Shown here in pieces: positions 7,628 through 16,790 of a DNA stretch of 46,946 nucleotides; position 1 is the first letter of the stretch; the number at the start of each line of letters is the position of its first letter. The notes beneath the pieces were generated by a model, which was not told the origin of the DNA, searched no databases, and saw only the letters and a program-made list of their open reading frames with translations. Position numbers and translations under genes: made by a program. The DNA is taken from assembly GCA_038226425.1 (NCBI GenBank), contig JBBRQL010000002.1:1-46946 (forward strand). Reading direction: 5' to 3'. The stretch comes from Verrucomicrobiota bacterium (GTDB lineage Bacteria > Verrucomicrobiota > Verrucomicrobiia > Limisphaerales > UBA9464).

Positions 7628-8845
7628 TCATTTCTTCTTCTTCGGAGCGGGCTTGCCGACGTCTTCTGCTTTCTTGGGCGGGAGAGCGCCGAGCACTTTC
7701 TCGAGCTGCTCCTCGGAGATGGACCGCGGCTTGAGCGTGGCCTCGGCGCGCTCTTTGGCGGTGAGCGCGGCGAGCTGGCCTGCCGCAGGCACGATGTGCG
7801 GCGTGAGGAAGATCATCAGCTCGGTCTTGTTGTCCTGCTTCTGCTTCCTCTTGAAGAGATTTCCCAGCCAAGGGATGTCGCCGAGCAGGGGCACTTTGCT
7901 CTCGGAGATGGTCTGCTGCGTCTGCATCAGGCCGCCGATGATGACGGTCTGGCCGTCCGGCACGATCACCACGGTGTCGGCGACGCGCGAGTTGATGACC
8001 GGCGCGAGGGCGTCCTTGGAGATGGGCACCCATTGGGTCCGGTCGGCGAGCTGCGAGGTCTCGGGGGAGACGATCATCTCGACCATGCCGTCCTTCGAGA
8101 TGAACGGCGTGACGCGGAGGATGATGCCGACGCTCTGGTAGGTGACGGTGTTGATCTGCCCGTTGACCGCGTCGAACCGCGTGTTGCTGACGAGCGGGAC
8201 CTGCTGGCCGAGGCTGATGGTCGCCGGCTGGTTGTTGCGGGTGAGGATGGACGGTCGGGACAGGATCTCCGCGTTGCCGGCCTGCGCGATGGCCCGGAGC
8301 GTGACCTCGAAATCGGAGCCGAGCAGCTGGTACAGGCCGGCGCCCGGAGGGGTCGGGCCGATGCCGCTGATGTTCTGGCCGATCGAGTTCAGCACCGCGT
8401 TGCTGGAGGATCCGCCGATGCCGGATTGGCCGAAGGAGTTGGCGAACTTGCCGACGCCGACGTCGCCGATGTTCTGGGAGCGTCCGCCTTCGACACCGAA
8501 ATCGAGGCCGTCGTTGTGGGTGACTTCGAGGAACACCACCTTGATCAGGACCTGCGGACGCGGTTTGTCGAGGCTCTGGATGACCTCCTTGATCTGGAGG
8601 TTGGTCTCCTCGTCGGTCACGACGACGACCTTGCGGGTCTCGGGGTCGACGGAGATGACCGCCTCGCCGACCTGGGTGTTGCTAGGATACTCGCGGGCCG
8701 TGGTGCTTCCGCCGGTGCGGCGTCCCGCGGCTCCGTTGTTCTGGCCTTGGGCCTGGGCGAAGGCCGGGACGGCGAGCAGGCCGCCGAGCAGCAAGACCGC
8801 GAGCGACCGAGGGAGGATGACCGGCGGGAAAATCGTGGTGTGCAT
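7628..8845 (-). CDS. gspD: secretin, short form (signal peptide + one N3-like domain + C-terminal secretin beta-barrel domain)
   Basis: Own signal peptide (LAVLLLGGLLAVPAFAQAQ). N3-like segment: AVISVDPETRKVVVVTDEETNLQIKEVIQSLDKPRPQVLIKVVFLEV. Canonical secretin core: AEILSRPSILTRNNQPATISLGQQVP...VIIGGLMQ...SKVPLLGDIPWLGNLFK...TELMIFLTPHIV. A GGAG lies 8 nt upstream of the ATG. Confidence 0.9.
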   Translation of the reverse strand: MHTTIFPPVILPRSLAVLLLGGLLAVPAFAQAQGQNNGAAGRRTGGSTTAREYPSNTQVGEAVISVDPETRKVVVVTDEETNLQIKEVIQSLDKPRPQVLIKVVFLEVTHNDGLDFGVEGGRSQNIGDVGVGKFANSFGQSGIGGSSSNAVLNSIGQNISGIGPTPPGAGLYQLLGSDFEVTLRAIAQAGNAEILSRPSILTRNNQPATISLGQQVPLVSNTRFDAVNGQINTVTYQSVGIILRVTPFISKDGMVEMIVSPETSQLADRTQWVPISKDALAPVINSRVADTVVIVPDGQTVIIGGLMQTQQTISESKVPLLGDIPWLGNLFKRKQKQDNKTELMIFLTPHIVPAAGQLAALTAKERAEATLKPRSISEEQLEKVLGALPPKKAEDVGKPAPKKKK

Positions 8846-8856
8846 GGAAGGATCTC

Positions 8857-10473
8857 CTAGTTCTGACGTCCGGTCTGGCCTGCGCCGCCGCCTTGGCCGA
8901 AGCCGGTGGTCGTGCCGCGGCTCTGGTTCTGGTTCTGCGTCTGGCGGGTGGTCAGCGCGCTGCCTTGGGTCTGCGAGGTCCGGCTCTGCGTGCCGCGGTT
9001 CTGCGAGTTCTTGCTCTCGAACAACGACCTCAGGACGGTCTCGACCTCGGTGGGGTCCGCGTTGTCGAGCTCATAGACGTAGACCTTCTGTTTTTTGGCC
9101 GGGTCGGAATCGAGCTGCTCGACCATCTGCGAGATCTGGCCCATCAGGTCGCGCGCCGCCTTGACGATGACGGATCCGGTCCGCGGATCGGGCACGGCGA
9201 GCACCTTGCCCTTTTTCTTCGCGAGCTCGCTGTCGCCTGAAGCGGTCGTCGCGCCGCCGCCGCCCCGGCCGCCGAATCCACCGCCGAAGCGCACCTGGTT
9301 GCCGCCGGTGTTGTTCGCGTTCTGTGTCTCGTCCGGGAACAGGTTGGTGAGCAGGTCCGCCATCTCGACGGGATCGGCGTACTTGAGGCGGAAGGCGCGG
9401 ACCTCGGTGATGTCCTCGACGTTGCGGTCGACCTTCTTCACGAGCTCCTCGATGGCCGGGAGGACATCCTCGGGCGCGTTGACGACCAGCGAGTTGCTGT
9501 GCTCGTCGGCGACCGCAGTGACCCGCGATGCCGCCGCCCGTCCGCTGCCCGAGGTGTTGCCGCCGGCCGCACCGCCGCCCGCGCCCCTGCCGCCACCCGC
9601 ACCCCCGCCGCCGCCACCGAATGGTCCGGCACCTCCGAACGGTCCGCCGCCGAACCCGCCGGCGGCGCCTGTGTTGCGGTTGTTGCCGCCGGCGTTGGCC
9701 TGCGAGGGGAACAGCTCCTTCACCAGCGTCGCGAGTTCTTTGGCATCCGAGTATCTGAGCGGGAAGACCCGGATCGTCGTGGCCCCGGACATCGAGGTGT
9801 CGAGGGCGCGGATGATCTCGGTCATGCGCTTGATGCTGACCTGGGTGTCGGTGAGCACGAGCGCGTTGCCGGCCTCGTTCGCGGTCATCTCCGAACCGGT
9901 CGGCAGCAACGGCTGGAGGTTCTGCACCAGCTGCGTGGCCGTGATGAAGTGGATGGGGATGATCTGCGTGACCAGCTCCTCGTTCTTCGGGATGGCTTCG
10001 GGATCGTTGCCGCTCTTGACCGGGATGTCGCGGCGTTTGGCGTTCTCCTTGGTGACGATCGTGAGCGTGCGGCCGTTGCGGAGCGCGGTGAGCCCGTTCT
10101 TGTTCAGCGCGGAATCGAGGACCGCCAACGCCTCCTCCTGGGTCACGGGCTGGTTGCTCCAGACGTCGATCTTCCCGCGGACCTCGGTCTCGGAGACGAT
10201 GATGAAGCCGGCGGCCTCGCTGAGATAGTTGAGGACCATGTCCAGCGGCGCGTTGCGGAAATTGAGGCGCAATGGCTTGTCGGGAGTGGCCGGCCCGGGC
10301 TCCGGCGCTGGCTTCGCCTCAGGTGCTTTCGCCTTGGGTGTCGCGGCCGGAGCGTCGGGCTTGGCAGAAGCCTCGGGCTTCGCCGGCGCCGCGTCCTGCG
10401 CAGGCGCGGACACCGTGATCAAGAGGCCCAGCATGAGGCTGGACGCGGCGGGGACAAACTTATGGGTTCTCAT
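8857..10473 (-). CDS. GspD-like periplasmic N-domain protein (N0-N1-N2-N3 type repeats) lacking a secretin barrel
   Basis: Signal peptide (LMLGLLITVSAPAQDA). N0-like segment: LNFRNAPLDMVLNYLSEAAGFIIVSE...TLTIV. Repeated N1-N3-like units: IRVFPLRYSDAKELATLVKELF; VTAVADEHSNSLVVNAPEDVLPAIEELV; VRAFRLKYADPVEMADLL; VYVYELDNADPTEVETVL. Gly-rich linkers separate them. It ends in a Q/N/S/T/G-rich tail at TAG 8857-8859 with no barrel domain. Confidence 0.85.
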   Translation of the reverse strand: MRTHKFVPAASSLMLGLLITVSAPAQDAAPAKPEASAKPDAPAATPKAKAPEAKPAPEPGPATPDKPLRLNFRNAPLDMVLNYLSEAAGFIIVSETEVRGKIDVWSNQPVTQEEALAVLDSALNKNGLTALRNGRTLTIVTKENAKRRDIPVKSGNDPEAIPKNEELVTQIIPIHFITATQLVQNLQPLLPTGSEMTANEAGNALVLTDTQVSIKRMTEIIRALDTSMSGATTIRVFPLRYSDAKELATLVKELFPSQANAGGNNRNTGAAGGFGGGPFGGAGPFGGGGGGAGGGRGAGGGAAGGNTSGSGRAAASRVTAVADEHSNSLVVNAPEDVLPAIEELVKKVDRNVEDITEVRAFRLKYADPVEMADLLTNLFPDETQNANNTGGNQVRFGGGFGGRGGGGATTASGDSELAKKKGKVLAVPDPRTGSVIVKAARDLMGQISQMVEQLDSDPAKKQKVYVYELDNADPTEVETVLRSLFESKNSQNRGTQSRTSQTQGSALTTRQTQNQNQSRGTTTGFGQGGGAGQTGRQN

Positions 10474-11176
10474 TCTTCTCCTCCTGCTGACGTTTCTGGA
10501 GCAACCGCTTCAACACCTCGCCGGCAGCGTCGCCAGCGTCGCCGCCGGCATCGCTGGCCGGCGTCGCGGATGCGGCGGACGGCACGGTCACGGCATGGGA
10601 CACGCCGGCCGCCGCGACTTTCCACGGACCTTCGTCCTCGCGGCGCATCTGGGCGCCGACCTTCATCGTCACCGGCTTGCCGTCCGCTTCCATGCGGACC
10701 TCGTCGGGCGTGACTGCGACGACTTTATGGCCGGCGATGGTCTCGCCGGTCTTCACCGCCTTGCGGTAGAGCGCGCTGCTGCCGTCGAAAAAGGCGACCT
10801 CGCCCTTCGCGTAGATCATCGTCCCGACGACCGTGAAGGTGTCCACCTGCGGCTGGCGCGGTTTCTCCTCTCCGCCGCGCGCGGAGCGGCTGCTGCGTCC
10901 GGCGTTGAAGATGTTGCGGTCGGCGATCTGGCGGAACGACGCGTAGTCGATGCCGACCGTGGCGGCGGAGGCATCTGTGGCGCCGCGCACCGGAGCGTTC
11001 GTGACGGCAGATGCCTTCGCGACGGCTCCGTTGGTCATGGCTTTGGAGGCGACGTCCGGCACGACGGGCACGGGGTCTCTTGGGTCCGCCGCGCGCGACG
11101 GCGCGATGGCGAGGCCGCAGCCGAGCGCGAGGACGGCGAACGAGATCCGCGCCGCGTTGGAAAGGTCGGTTCTCAT
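10460..11176 (-). CDS. PilP/GspC-like lipoprotein of the secretion apparatus
   Basis: ATG 11176 overlaps the upstream stop (ATGA). Lipobox in MRTDLSNAARISFAVLALGC. The C-terminal beta-rich domain FTVVGTMIYAKGEVAFFDG...TIAGHKVVAVTPDEVRMEADGKPVTMKVG resembles PilP/GspC HR domains. The longer ORF in the track is an Arg-rich extension that overlaps the upstream gene. Confidence 0.65.
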   Translation of the reverse strand: MRTDLSNAARISFAVLALGCGLAIAPSRAADPRDPVPVVPDVASKAMTNGAVAKASAVTNAPVRGATDASAATVGIDYASFRQIADRNIFNAGRSSRSARGGEEKPRQPQVDTFTVVGTMIYAKGEVAFFDGSSALYRKAVKTGETIAGHKVVAVTPDEVRMEADGKPVTMKVGAQMRREDEGPWKVAAAGVSHAVTVPSAASATPASDAGGDAGDAAGEVLKRLLQKRQQEEKNENP

Positions 11177-11712
11177 CGCTTCTCGGTGCTCAGCACGAGT
11201 CCGCTCACCTGGAGCCCGAGAGTCAACTGCGCGCCCGTCGTGTCGCGCGCGCCCAGCTCCACGGAATCCACGCGCAGGGCGAGCGGGTCGGATTCCACCT
11301 CGTGCAGGAACCGCGTGATGGTCGACAAGCTGCCCGAGGCGTCGACGCGGCATTCGAGCGCCATGAAATCGTCGGCCGTGCGTTTCCACTGCGGCTTGAT
11401 CGAGGTGACGGTCACGCGGCTCACGCGGGACCATCCGTCGAACGCGCCGAGCACGCGGCCTTCGGCGGCCGAGGCATCGGCCGGGAGCGTGTTCGTGCGC
11501 ATCGCGGTCCAGCGGTCGCGGATGCCGCGCTCGCGCTGGAGCATCTGGCGGCCGTCGCCGATGCGCCTCTGCAGGTCGGTGATCGCTTGGCCGCGGCTTT
11601 GCCAGCTCTTGGTGAGCGGCGTGAGCACCAGGTTGTCGGCCGCCCACAGGCCGACGATCCCGAGGGTGACGGCGGTGAGGAGCTGCTGCCGGTTCTTGGG
11701 GTCGAAGTTCAT
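11173..11712 (-). CDS. PilO/GspM-like inner-membrane assembly protein
   Basis: ATG 11712 overlaps the upstream stop by 4 nt. It begins MNFDPKNRQQLLTAVTLGIVGLWAADNLVL (single N-terminal TM), followed by a coiled segment and a ferredoxin-like C-terminal part. Size and position match PilO/GspM. Confidence 0.65.
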   Translation of the reverse strand: MNFDPKNRQQLLTAVTLGIVGLWAADNLVLTPLTKSWQSRGQAITDLQRRIGDGRQMLQRERGIRDRWTAMRTNTLPADASAAEGRVLGAFDGWSRVSRVTVTSIKPQWKRTADDFMALECRVDASGSLSTITRFLHEVESDPLALRVDSVELGARDTTGAQLTLGLQVSGLVLSTEKR

Positions 11713-13151
11713 GGGAGGGACGGGCCCGCGGCCCATCGGAAGTTGAAGTTGAACTGGACCGGCGCCTTGCCGCGGGACTGCTCGAGCTGGAGTTCGGCGA
11801 TGTCGGGCGTGGCGCGGAGCTTCTCCAGCGTCCGGTTCATCGCGACGCTGTCGGTCGCCGTCGCCGAACAGCTCACCTGGCCGGATCCGCGGATCTCGAT
11901 CGTCTTGGCCGTCACGTCGCCGTTCTCCGGGAAGGCCTCGGTCATCCGCCGCAGGATCCCCAGGCTGCGGACCGAGTCGTCGAACCACGGCCGGAAGCGC
12001 TTGATCTGCTGCTGCAAGGTCTCCAGCTCGCGGACCTTCGGCTCCATCCCGGACCACTCGGAGCGGAGCATCGTCAACCGCACCTGTTGCACGATGAACG
12101 CGAAGGCCACGGCGGCGACGACGGCACCGCCGACCTTCGCCGCCAGCATCAGTTTGCCGGAGGAATGCTTGCCCGCGAACTGCTGCCAGGCCGAGACCTG
12201 CGGCGGCAAGAACTCCAGTCCGGTCGCCGTGCCCGCCAGGTATCGCGTCGCCACGGCCATGGCGGCGCCCACCGGGGCCGAGCCGGGGACCTTGAGCCCC
12301 AGTTCGCCCGGAGCGAAGGCGACCACCCGCTCGACCTGCAGGCCGAGGGCCTCTGCGCGCGGAGCCATTTCCGCGGCGAGCCGGTCCGCGGCGGCGCCGG
12401 TGCCGAAGATACGAAGGCGGCGCAGGTCGTCGCGCAAGTTCGGCGGCAACTGGCCCGTGGTCACCCGCAGCTCGCGGCCCACGCGATCGGCCGCGACCTG
12501 GGCCTCGGCTCCTTCGCCTTGGACCGCCGGCTCCAGGATCCTCAGCGCCGCGATGCCCCCGCCGGCGACCGCCAGGAGCGCTATGTCCCGGGCGCCGACG
12601 AAGAGCGCCACCACGCCGCTGCTTCCCGCGTTCTTGCCGGACGGTTGCGATGCCGCGACGCCGATGGTGAACGACACCGGCGTGAGCCGGGCCGCGCGCA
12701 GCATCGACCCGATCTTCGCGATCTGCTCGAGCGGCACCGCCAGCTGCGTCGCATGCACCGGGCCGCCCGCGACCTGCGACCGCGAGACCGCGATGCCCAA
12801 GGCCTCTGGCGGGTAGGGGAAGCCGTTCTCGGCCTCCAGCTGGAGCAGGTCGCGGGCATCCTCGTCGGAAAGCTCCGGCAGCACCGACTGCAGCGAGAGC
12901 ACCCAGCTCGCCGGCAGCGCGACGACGCACCGGCGCTCGCGGATCTCCGCGGCGTCGAGCATCGCTTTGAGCTCGGCCCCGAGGACCGCCGGGTCCGCCT
13001 TGGCCGGATCGGCGCTGAAGGTGCCCGCGGCCGTCTGCGCGATCCCGGCGGCATCGCCGTCGCGTCGGACGACGACCGCTTCGATCCGCGTGCCGTCGAA
13101 GGCCAGGCCGAGCACGGCCTGCGGACGCTGTTTCTGGAACCAGTCCTTCAT
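11709..13151 (-). CDS. PilM-PilN fusion / GspL-like assembly protein (actin-like cytoplasmic domain + TM + periplasmic domain)
   Basis: ATG 13151 overlaps the gspK stop (ATGA). The N-terminal 330 aa or so look like the PilM/GspL actin-like fold (LGLAFDGTRIEAVVV..., VVALFVGARDIALLAV). A TM helix follows (LMLAAKVGGAVVAAVAFAFIV), then a PilN-like tail. Confidence 0.7.
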   Translation of the reverse strand: MKDWFQKQRPQAVLGLAFDGTRIEAVVVRRDGDAAGIAQTAAGTFSADPAKADPAVLGAELKAMLDAAEIRERRCVVALPASWVLSLQSVLPELSDEDARDLLQLEAENGFPYPPEALGIAVSRSQVAGGPVHATQLAVPLEQIAKIGSMLRAARLTPVSFTIGVAASQPSGKNAGSSGVVALFVGARDIALLAVAGGGIAALRILEPAVQGEGAEAQVAADRVGRELRVTTGQLPPNLRDDLRRLRIFGTGAAADRLAAEMAPRAEALGLQVERVVAFAPGELGLKVPGSAPVGAAMAVATRYLAGTATGLEFLPPQVSAWQQFAGKHSSGKLMLAAKVGGAVVAAVAFAFIVQQVRLTMLRSEWSGMEPKVRELETLQQQIKRFRPWFDDSVRSLGILRRMTEAFPENGDVTAKTIEIRGSGQVSCSATATDSVAMNRTLEKLRATPDIAELQLEQSRGKAPVQFNFNFRWAAGPSLP

Positions 13152-14554
13152 CGGGAATCCATCGCCAAAGTTTGCAATCGTGAACGTGCTTGTCTCCCGA
13201 GCGCCCAGCCGAGGTCGCCGAGGTCCTGCCGGTAGATGATCCGCGGCGTGCCGGCCGAGAGATCGAAGACGAACCGTGCGCGCCGGTAGCCGCGGCCGAG
13301 GTGGCCGACGGCGGCGATGTCCGCGGAGAAATGGTAGCTGCGGCCGGTGATGTAGCGTCCGGCGCGGGCGGCGTTCTGCGCGCCGAGCAGCTCGGCGGCC
13401 CATGCCACGGTGTCCCGCTTCCCCGCGTTCGACTGCCGGTAAGCCACGAGCGTCGGGGCGAGCTCGGTGCCGATGCCCGGGATGCAGGCGAGGACCTGTT
13501 CGCCGGCGGTGTTGATGTTCACCAAACCGCTCGGGGCGTTGGTGCCTTGCGCGGAATAGAGGTCGCCCTCGACGAGGGCCAGCTCGTCCGTGGTCATCCG
13601 GCTGCGCATGTAGAACTCGAGCACGCTGTTGATCGTCACCGGTTGCCCGCCTTGTCCGCCACGGAGCTGTCCCATGACCTGGTTCGCCCGCGCCGTGCCG
13701 AGCGCCGTCTGGAGGAGCGTCCGCAGCTGCGCGTTCTGGCCGGCGTTCTGGCGGATGTTGATGCGGGGCGTCCCGTTCGTGGTGGTCAGGGGTTCCTTGG
13801 CGGCGACGGTGACGAACTCGAGGATCCCCGGGTCGAGACGGCCGTTGCGGTCGTCGACCGGGAGGGCGGCCGTGCCATCGTTCTCGTTCACGTCGAGCAC
13901 GCCGTTCCGGTTGAGGTCCTCGCCGTAGAGGATCTCTGCGTCCGCCCCTTCCACCAGACGCAGCTCGTCGATGCTCTCGAAGGGCGCGTTCTTGCAGTGG
14001 TAGGGCGGGTTCTTGAGCAGATAGGTCTCGTCCTCGGCGCCTAGTTCGGTGACCTGGCTGTCGGCGTCGCGCCAATCGACGATCGCGGCGGCCAGCTCCG
14101 GAGTCATGCGCGGCAACAGCTGCAACATCGCGGCGGTGGCCGTGTTCAGGTCGAGCTTCGACGCCTCGTCCACGAGCGCGAAGTACGGGAGGTCCGTGGT
14201 GACCTGCGCCGGCTGCTTCGGGTCGCGGCCGATGAACCAGAACGTGGAATCGCCGACCGCAGCCGCTTCGTGCTGGTAGGTCGCCATATCGGGCAGCACG
14301 CCGGGCGGGTCGAGCTTGCCGATCAGGTAGGTGGCATAGCGGGCCGCGCCTTCGATGGCCTGGTCGGCCTCGAGGCTGGCGGCGCGGTTGTCCGATGCGC
14401 GCAGGTCGAGCGCGGAGGTGTTGCCGAAATAGAGCGCGAGCGCCACCAGACCGAACGCGACCCAGAGCGTGATGATGAGCGCGGATCCGCGTTCGCCGCG
14501 AGGACGCGAGCGGTCGGATGCAAAAGCCGCGGCAGCGCTGCGCGGAAGCCTCAC
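13148..14554 (-). CDS. gspK: type II secretion minor pseudopilin GspK
   Basis: Proposed GTG 14554 overlaps the upstream stop (GTGA). N-terminal RGSALIITLWVAFGLVALALYF. The hallmark GspK helix-hairpin-helix region is present: LLPRMTPELAAAIVDWRDADSQVTELGAEDETYLLKNPPYHCKNAPFESIDELRLVEG, and later INTAGEQVLACIPGIG. Start codon is uncertain. Confidence 0.85.
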   Translation of the reverse strand: MRLPRSAAAAFASDRSRPRGERGSALIITLWVAFGLVALALYFGNTSALDLRASDNRAASLEADQAIEGAARYATYLIGKLDPPGVLPDMATYQHEAAAVGDSTFWFIGRDPKQPAQVTTDLPYFALVDEASKLDLNTATAAMLQLLPRMTPELAAAIVDWRDADSQVTELGAEDETYLLKNPPYHCKNAPFESIDELRLVEGADAEILYGEDLNRNGVLDVNENDGTAALPVDDRNGRLDPGILEFVTVAAKEPLTTTNGTPRINIRQNAGQNAQLRTLLQTALGTARANQVMGQLRGGQGGQPVTINSVLEFYMRSRMTTDELALVEGDLYSAQGTNAPSGLVNINTAGEQVLACIPGIGTELAPTLVAYRQSNAGKRDTVAWAAELLGAQNAARAGRYITGRSYHFSADIAAVGHLGRGYRRARFVFDLSAGTPRIIYRQDLGDLGWALGRQARSRLQTLAMDSR

Positions 14555-15384
14555 GGCGCGCCTCCCGTCGTGCTGGTCGAGCCGGTGCTGTTCGTCACCG
14601 ACGCCACCATGACCGGCACGATCATCTGGATCGACCGGACCGCCTGCGCCGGGCCCTGGCGGACGCCCGGCGCGAAGGGCTCCGGTGCCATGGTGATCTC
14701 GACCTTGATCGCTTTGGGCAACGTCGTGGCGTCGTTGGTGGAGTTCCAAGATGTCCGCCAGGTCGTGCCGTCGTAGAACGACAGGTCGAGCCGGTCCACG
14801 CCGGTCATCAGGCGCTGCTCGTCGGCCTGTTCATCCGAGACGGGGCCGAGGTTTCGCTTCACCACGCGGACGAGGTCGCGGCCGACGGAGGCGGTCCGGT
14901 TCGTCGCGTCGCGCAGCACGTAGGCGACCTTCTGGATGTCGGCCCACGGCGAGCGGTCGCGGAAAACGCCCGACGTGGTGTGGATCTCGGTGCCGACGCT
15001 CTGTTCGTTGATGCCTTCGATCGTGGCGGCGCTGTCGAGGATGCCAGCGTAGGTGCCGCCGGGCATGACGATCCCGGACAGATCGCGGCGCAGCGTGGCC
15101 AGAGCGAGCTCCACCGGCATCGCCTTCGCGGCGGAATCGGCGGTCTTCTGCCGGAGCCGCATGGCGCCGAAGAACACGGCGTTCACGGCCGCCAGCACGA
15201 GCGAGAAGATGACGATGGCGAGCAGGACCTCGATGTGGGTGAAGGCGCGGCACCTGGGAGGCGGGGAAGCGGGGGAGCGGGGGGGCAGGGGAGAAACGAA
15301 GGTCCGCTCGCCCTCCCGCATCTCGGCTACAGGGACGCCCGTCGCGACGGACCGGGCACCGGTCATGGATGGAGGGATGCTCAT
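14551..15384 (-). CDS. gspJ: GspJ-like minor pseudopilin
   Basis: ATG 15384 overlaps the upstream stop (ATGA). The prepilin-type hydrophobic N-terminus RAFTHIEVLLAIVIFSLVLAAV follows an unusually long leader of about 45 aa. An internal start at MREGER is possible. Position is between I-like and K. Confidence 0.7.
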   Translation of the reverse strand: MSIPPSMTGARSVATGVPVAEMREGERTFVSPLPPRSPASPPPRCRAFTHIEVLLAIVIFSLVLAAVNAVFFGAMRLRQKTADSAAKAMPVELALATLRRDLSGIVMPGGTYAGILDSAATIEGINEQSVGTEIHTTSGVFRDRSPWADIQKVAYVLRDATNRTASVGRDLVRVVKRNLGPVSDEQADEQRLMTGVDRLDLSFYDGTTWRTSWNSTNDATTLPKAIKVEITMAPEPFAPGVRQGPAQAVRSIQMIVPVMVASVTNSTGSTSTTGGAP

Positions 15385-15770
15385 GGCTGGCTGCTGTCCA
15401 CGAGCGTGCTGAGGCGCACGTCGTAGTCCTTGCCCTGGACCTGGTAGTTCACCTGCATCGTCAGCAGGCGCAGGGTGTCCTTGTCCCAGGAGCGGCTCTG
15501 CAGGTTCCAGCGGAACGGGCGTGCGCCTTCCTCGGCGACGCCGCTGGAGACGGACTGCTTCCACTGACCCGTGACGATCATCTCGTTCATCAGGCGGTCC
15601 GCGACCCGGGCGGCGACGGATTTCCGCTCGGCGACCTGGCCGGCGAGGTTCGCGACCTGGATCGCCTTGACCGCGACGGGGATCACGATGGCGAGGAACG
15701 CCATCGCGGCGAGCGCCTCGGCCAGCGTGAAGCCGGCTCGGTGCCGGTCACCGGCGGACGAAGGCGACAT
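15381..15770 (-). CDS. gspI: GspI-like minor pseudopilin
   Basis: 129 aa. It begins MSPSSAGDRHRAGFTLAEALAAMAFLAIVIPVAV (prepilin G-F-T-L-x-E motif). Size and position fit GspI. It overlaps the upstream gene by 23 nt. Confidence 0.75.
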   Translation of the reverse strand: MSPSSAGDRHRAGFTLAEALAAMAFLAIVIPVAVKAIQVANLAGQVAERKSVAARVADRLMNEMIVTGQWKQSVSSGVAEEGARPFRWNLQSRSWDKDTLRLLTMQVNYQVQGKDYDVRLSTLVDSSQP

Positions 15771-16356
15771 CGTTGGTCTGGACCTCATAGCTGGCGCGGT
15801 TCTGCGATTGCGTGATCCAGACCGAGCTCCGGACGCGCGGGTCGCGGGCCGGACCGCCGGCGCGTCCGCGTTCGCGGAGACAAAAGCTCTGCGGGCTCGA
15901 TTCGGCGACAAAGCCGTCGGGCTGGAAACGGATCGAGACGGCACCGGCGCCGAGCCCCGGCGTCCCGGGCAGGACCGGCGCCTGCGTTCCGTCGACGCGC
16001 TCGCGCGGATCGAGCTGCAGCTCGACATCCTCGTCGAGCTGGAACGTGACCGCCTTCTCGTCGCGCGCCGAGAAGCCGTACTCCTCGGTGAGGCCGTAGG
16101 CGCGCCGGACAGGATCGAGCCACAGGAGCATGGGCACGCCCTCCGAGACGGCCCGGCTGCGGGCGTAGCGGGCGAGCGCCAGAAATCTGGTCGATTCGGA
16201 ATCAAGATTGCGGCCGCGGAAGAAATTGCCGAGCGACGGGGCGACGAGGGCGATGACGACCATGAGCAGGGTCATCACGAGGATCAGCTCGATGAGCGTG
16301 AACCCCGCGGCCCGGCGTCGTTCAGCGCTTGTTGGAGCTCCAGTTGTGGATGTCAT
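15748..16356 (-). CDS. gspH: GspH-like minor pseudopilin
   Basis: 202 aa, with RRRAAGFTLIELILVMTLLMVVIALVAP followed by SESTRFLALARYARSRAV, which is typical of GspH/FimT-type pseudopilins. Confidence 0.78.
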   Translation of the reverse strand: MTSTTGAPTSAERRRAAGFTLIELILVMTLLMVVIALVAPSLGNFFRGRNLDSESTRFLALARYARSRAVSEGVPMLLWLDPVRRAYGLTEEYGFSARDEKAVTFQLDEDVELQLDPRERVDGTQAPVLPGTPGLGAGAVSIRFQPDGFVAESSPQSFCLRERGRAGGPARDPRVRSSVWITQSQNRASYEVQTNDVAFVRR

Positions 16357-16780
16357 CTTCGGTCCCCATCTGGCCGTCGGGCCCCATCGACGACACGTCG
16401 TAGGAGGTCGGGTTGTTCTTGCCCGGGCACTCGTAGACGTAGTCGTTGCCCCAAGGGTCCTTCGGCACCTCCTTGAGGTAGGGCCCGCGCCAGTTCTTGG
16501 CGTCGCGCGACGCTTGGACGAGGTCGTTGAGGCCGCTCTTGCCCTTCGGATAGAAGCCGTTGTCCACCTCGTAGGCGTCGAGCACGGTCGCGAAGCTGGA
16601 GATCTGCGTCTTCGCGGCGGCCTGGCGGGCCTGCTCGGTGCGGCCGGCGAACTTCGGCACGACGATGGCCGCGAGCACGCCGAGGATGACGAGCACGAGC
16701 AGCAGCTCGATGAGGGTGAAGCCCGCGCGGCGAAGGGGCCTTCGGTTTCCGGTTCTCGGTTTATGGGTCGGAGTTCTCAT
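16322..16780 (-). CDS. gspG: type II secretion major pseudopilin GspG
   Basis: 152 aa. Motifs: RRAGFTLIELLLVLVILGVLAAIVVPKF, DAYEVDNGFYP, WRGPYL, DPWGNDYVY, GPDGQMGTEDDI. These are the canonical GspG signature. Confidence 0.92.
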   Translation of the reverse strand: MRTPTHKPRTGNRRPLRRAGFTLIELLLVLVILGVLAAIVVPKFAGRTEQARQAAAKTQISSFATVLDAYEVDNGFYPKGKSGLNDLVQASRDAKNWRGPYLKEVPKDPWGNDYVYECPGKNNPTSYDVSSMGPDGQMGTEDDIHNWSSNKR

Positions 16781-16790
16781 AGGGAATGGG

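Noticed and set aside
7628-10473. Interpreting the two secretin ORFs as one gene broken by a frameshift (a pseudogene).
   Set aside because: The downstream ORF has its own GGAG, ATG and signal peptide. The upstream ORF ends in a distinct low-complexity tail. A sequencing error cannot be excluded without reads, so the split is reported as a finding rather than as a pseudogene.
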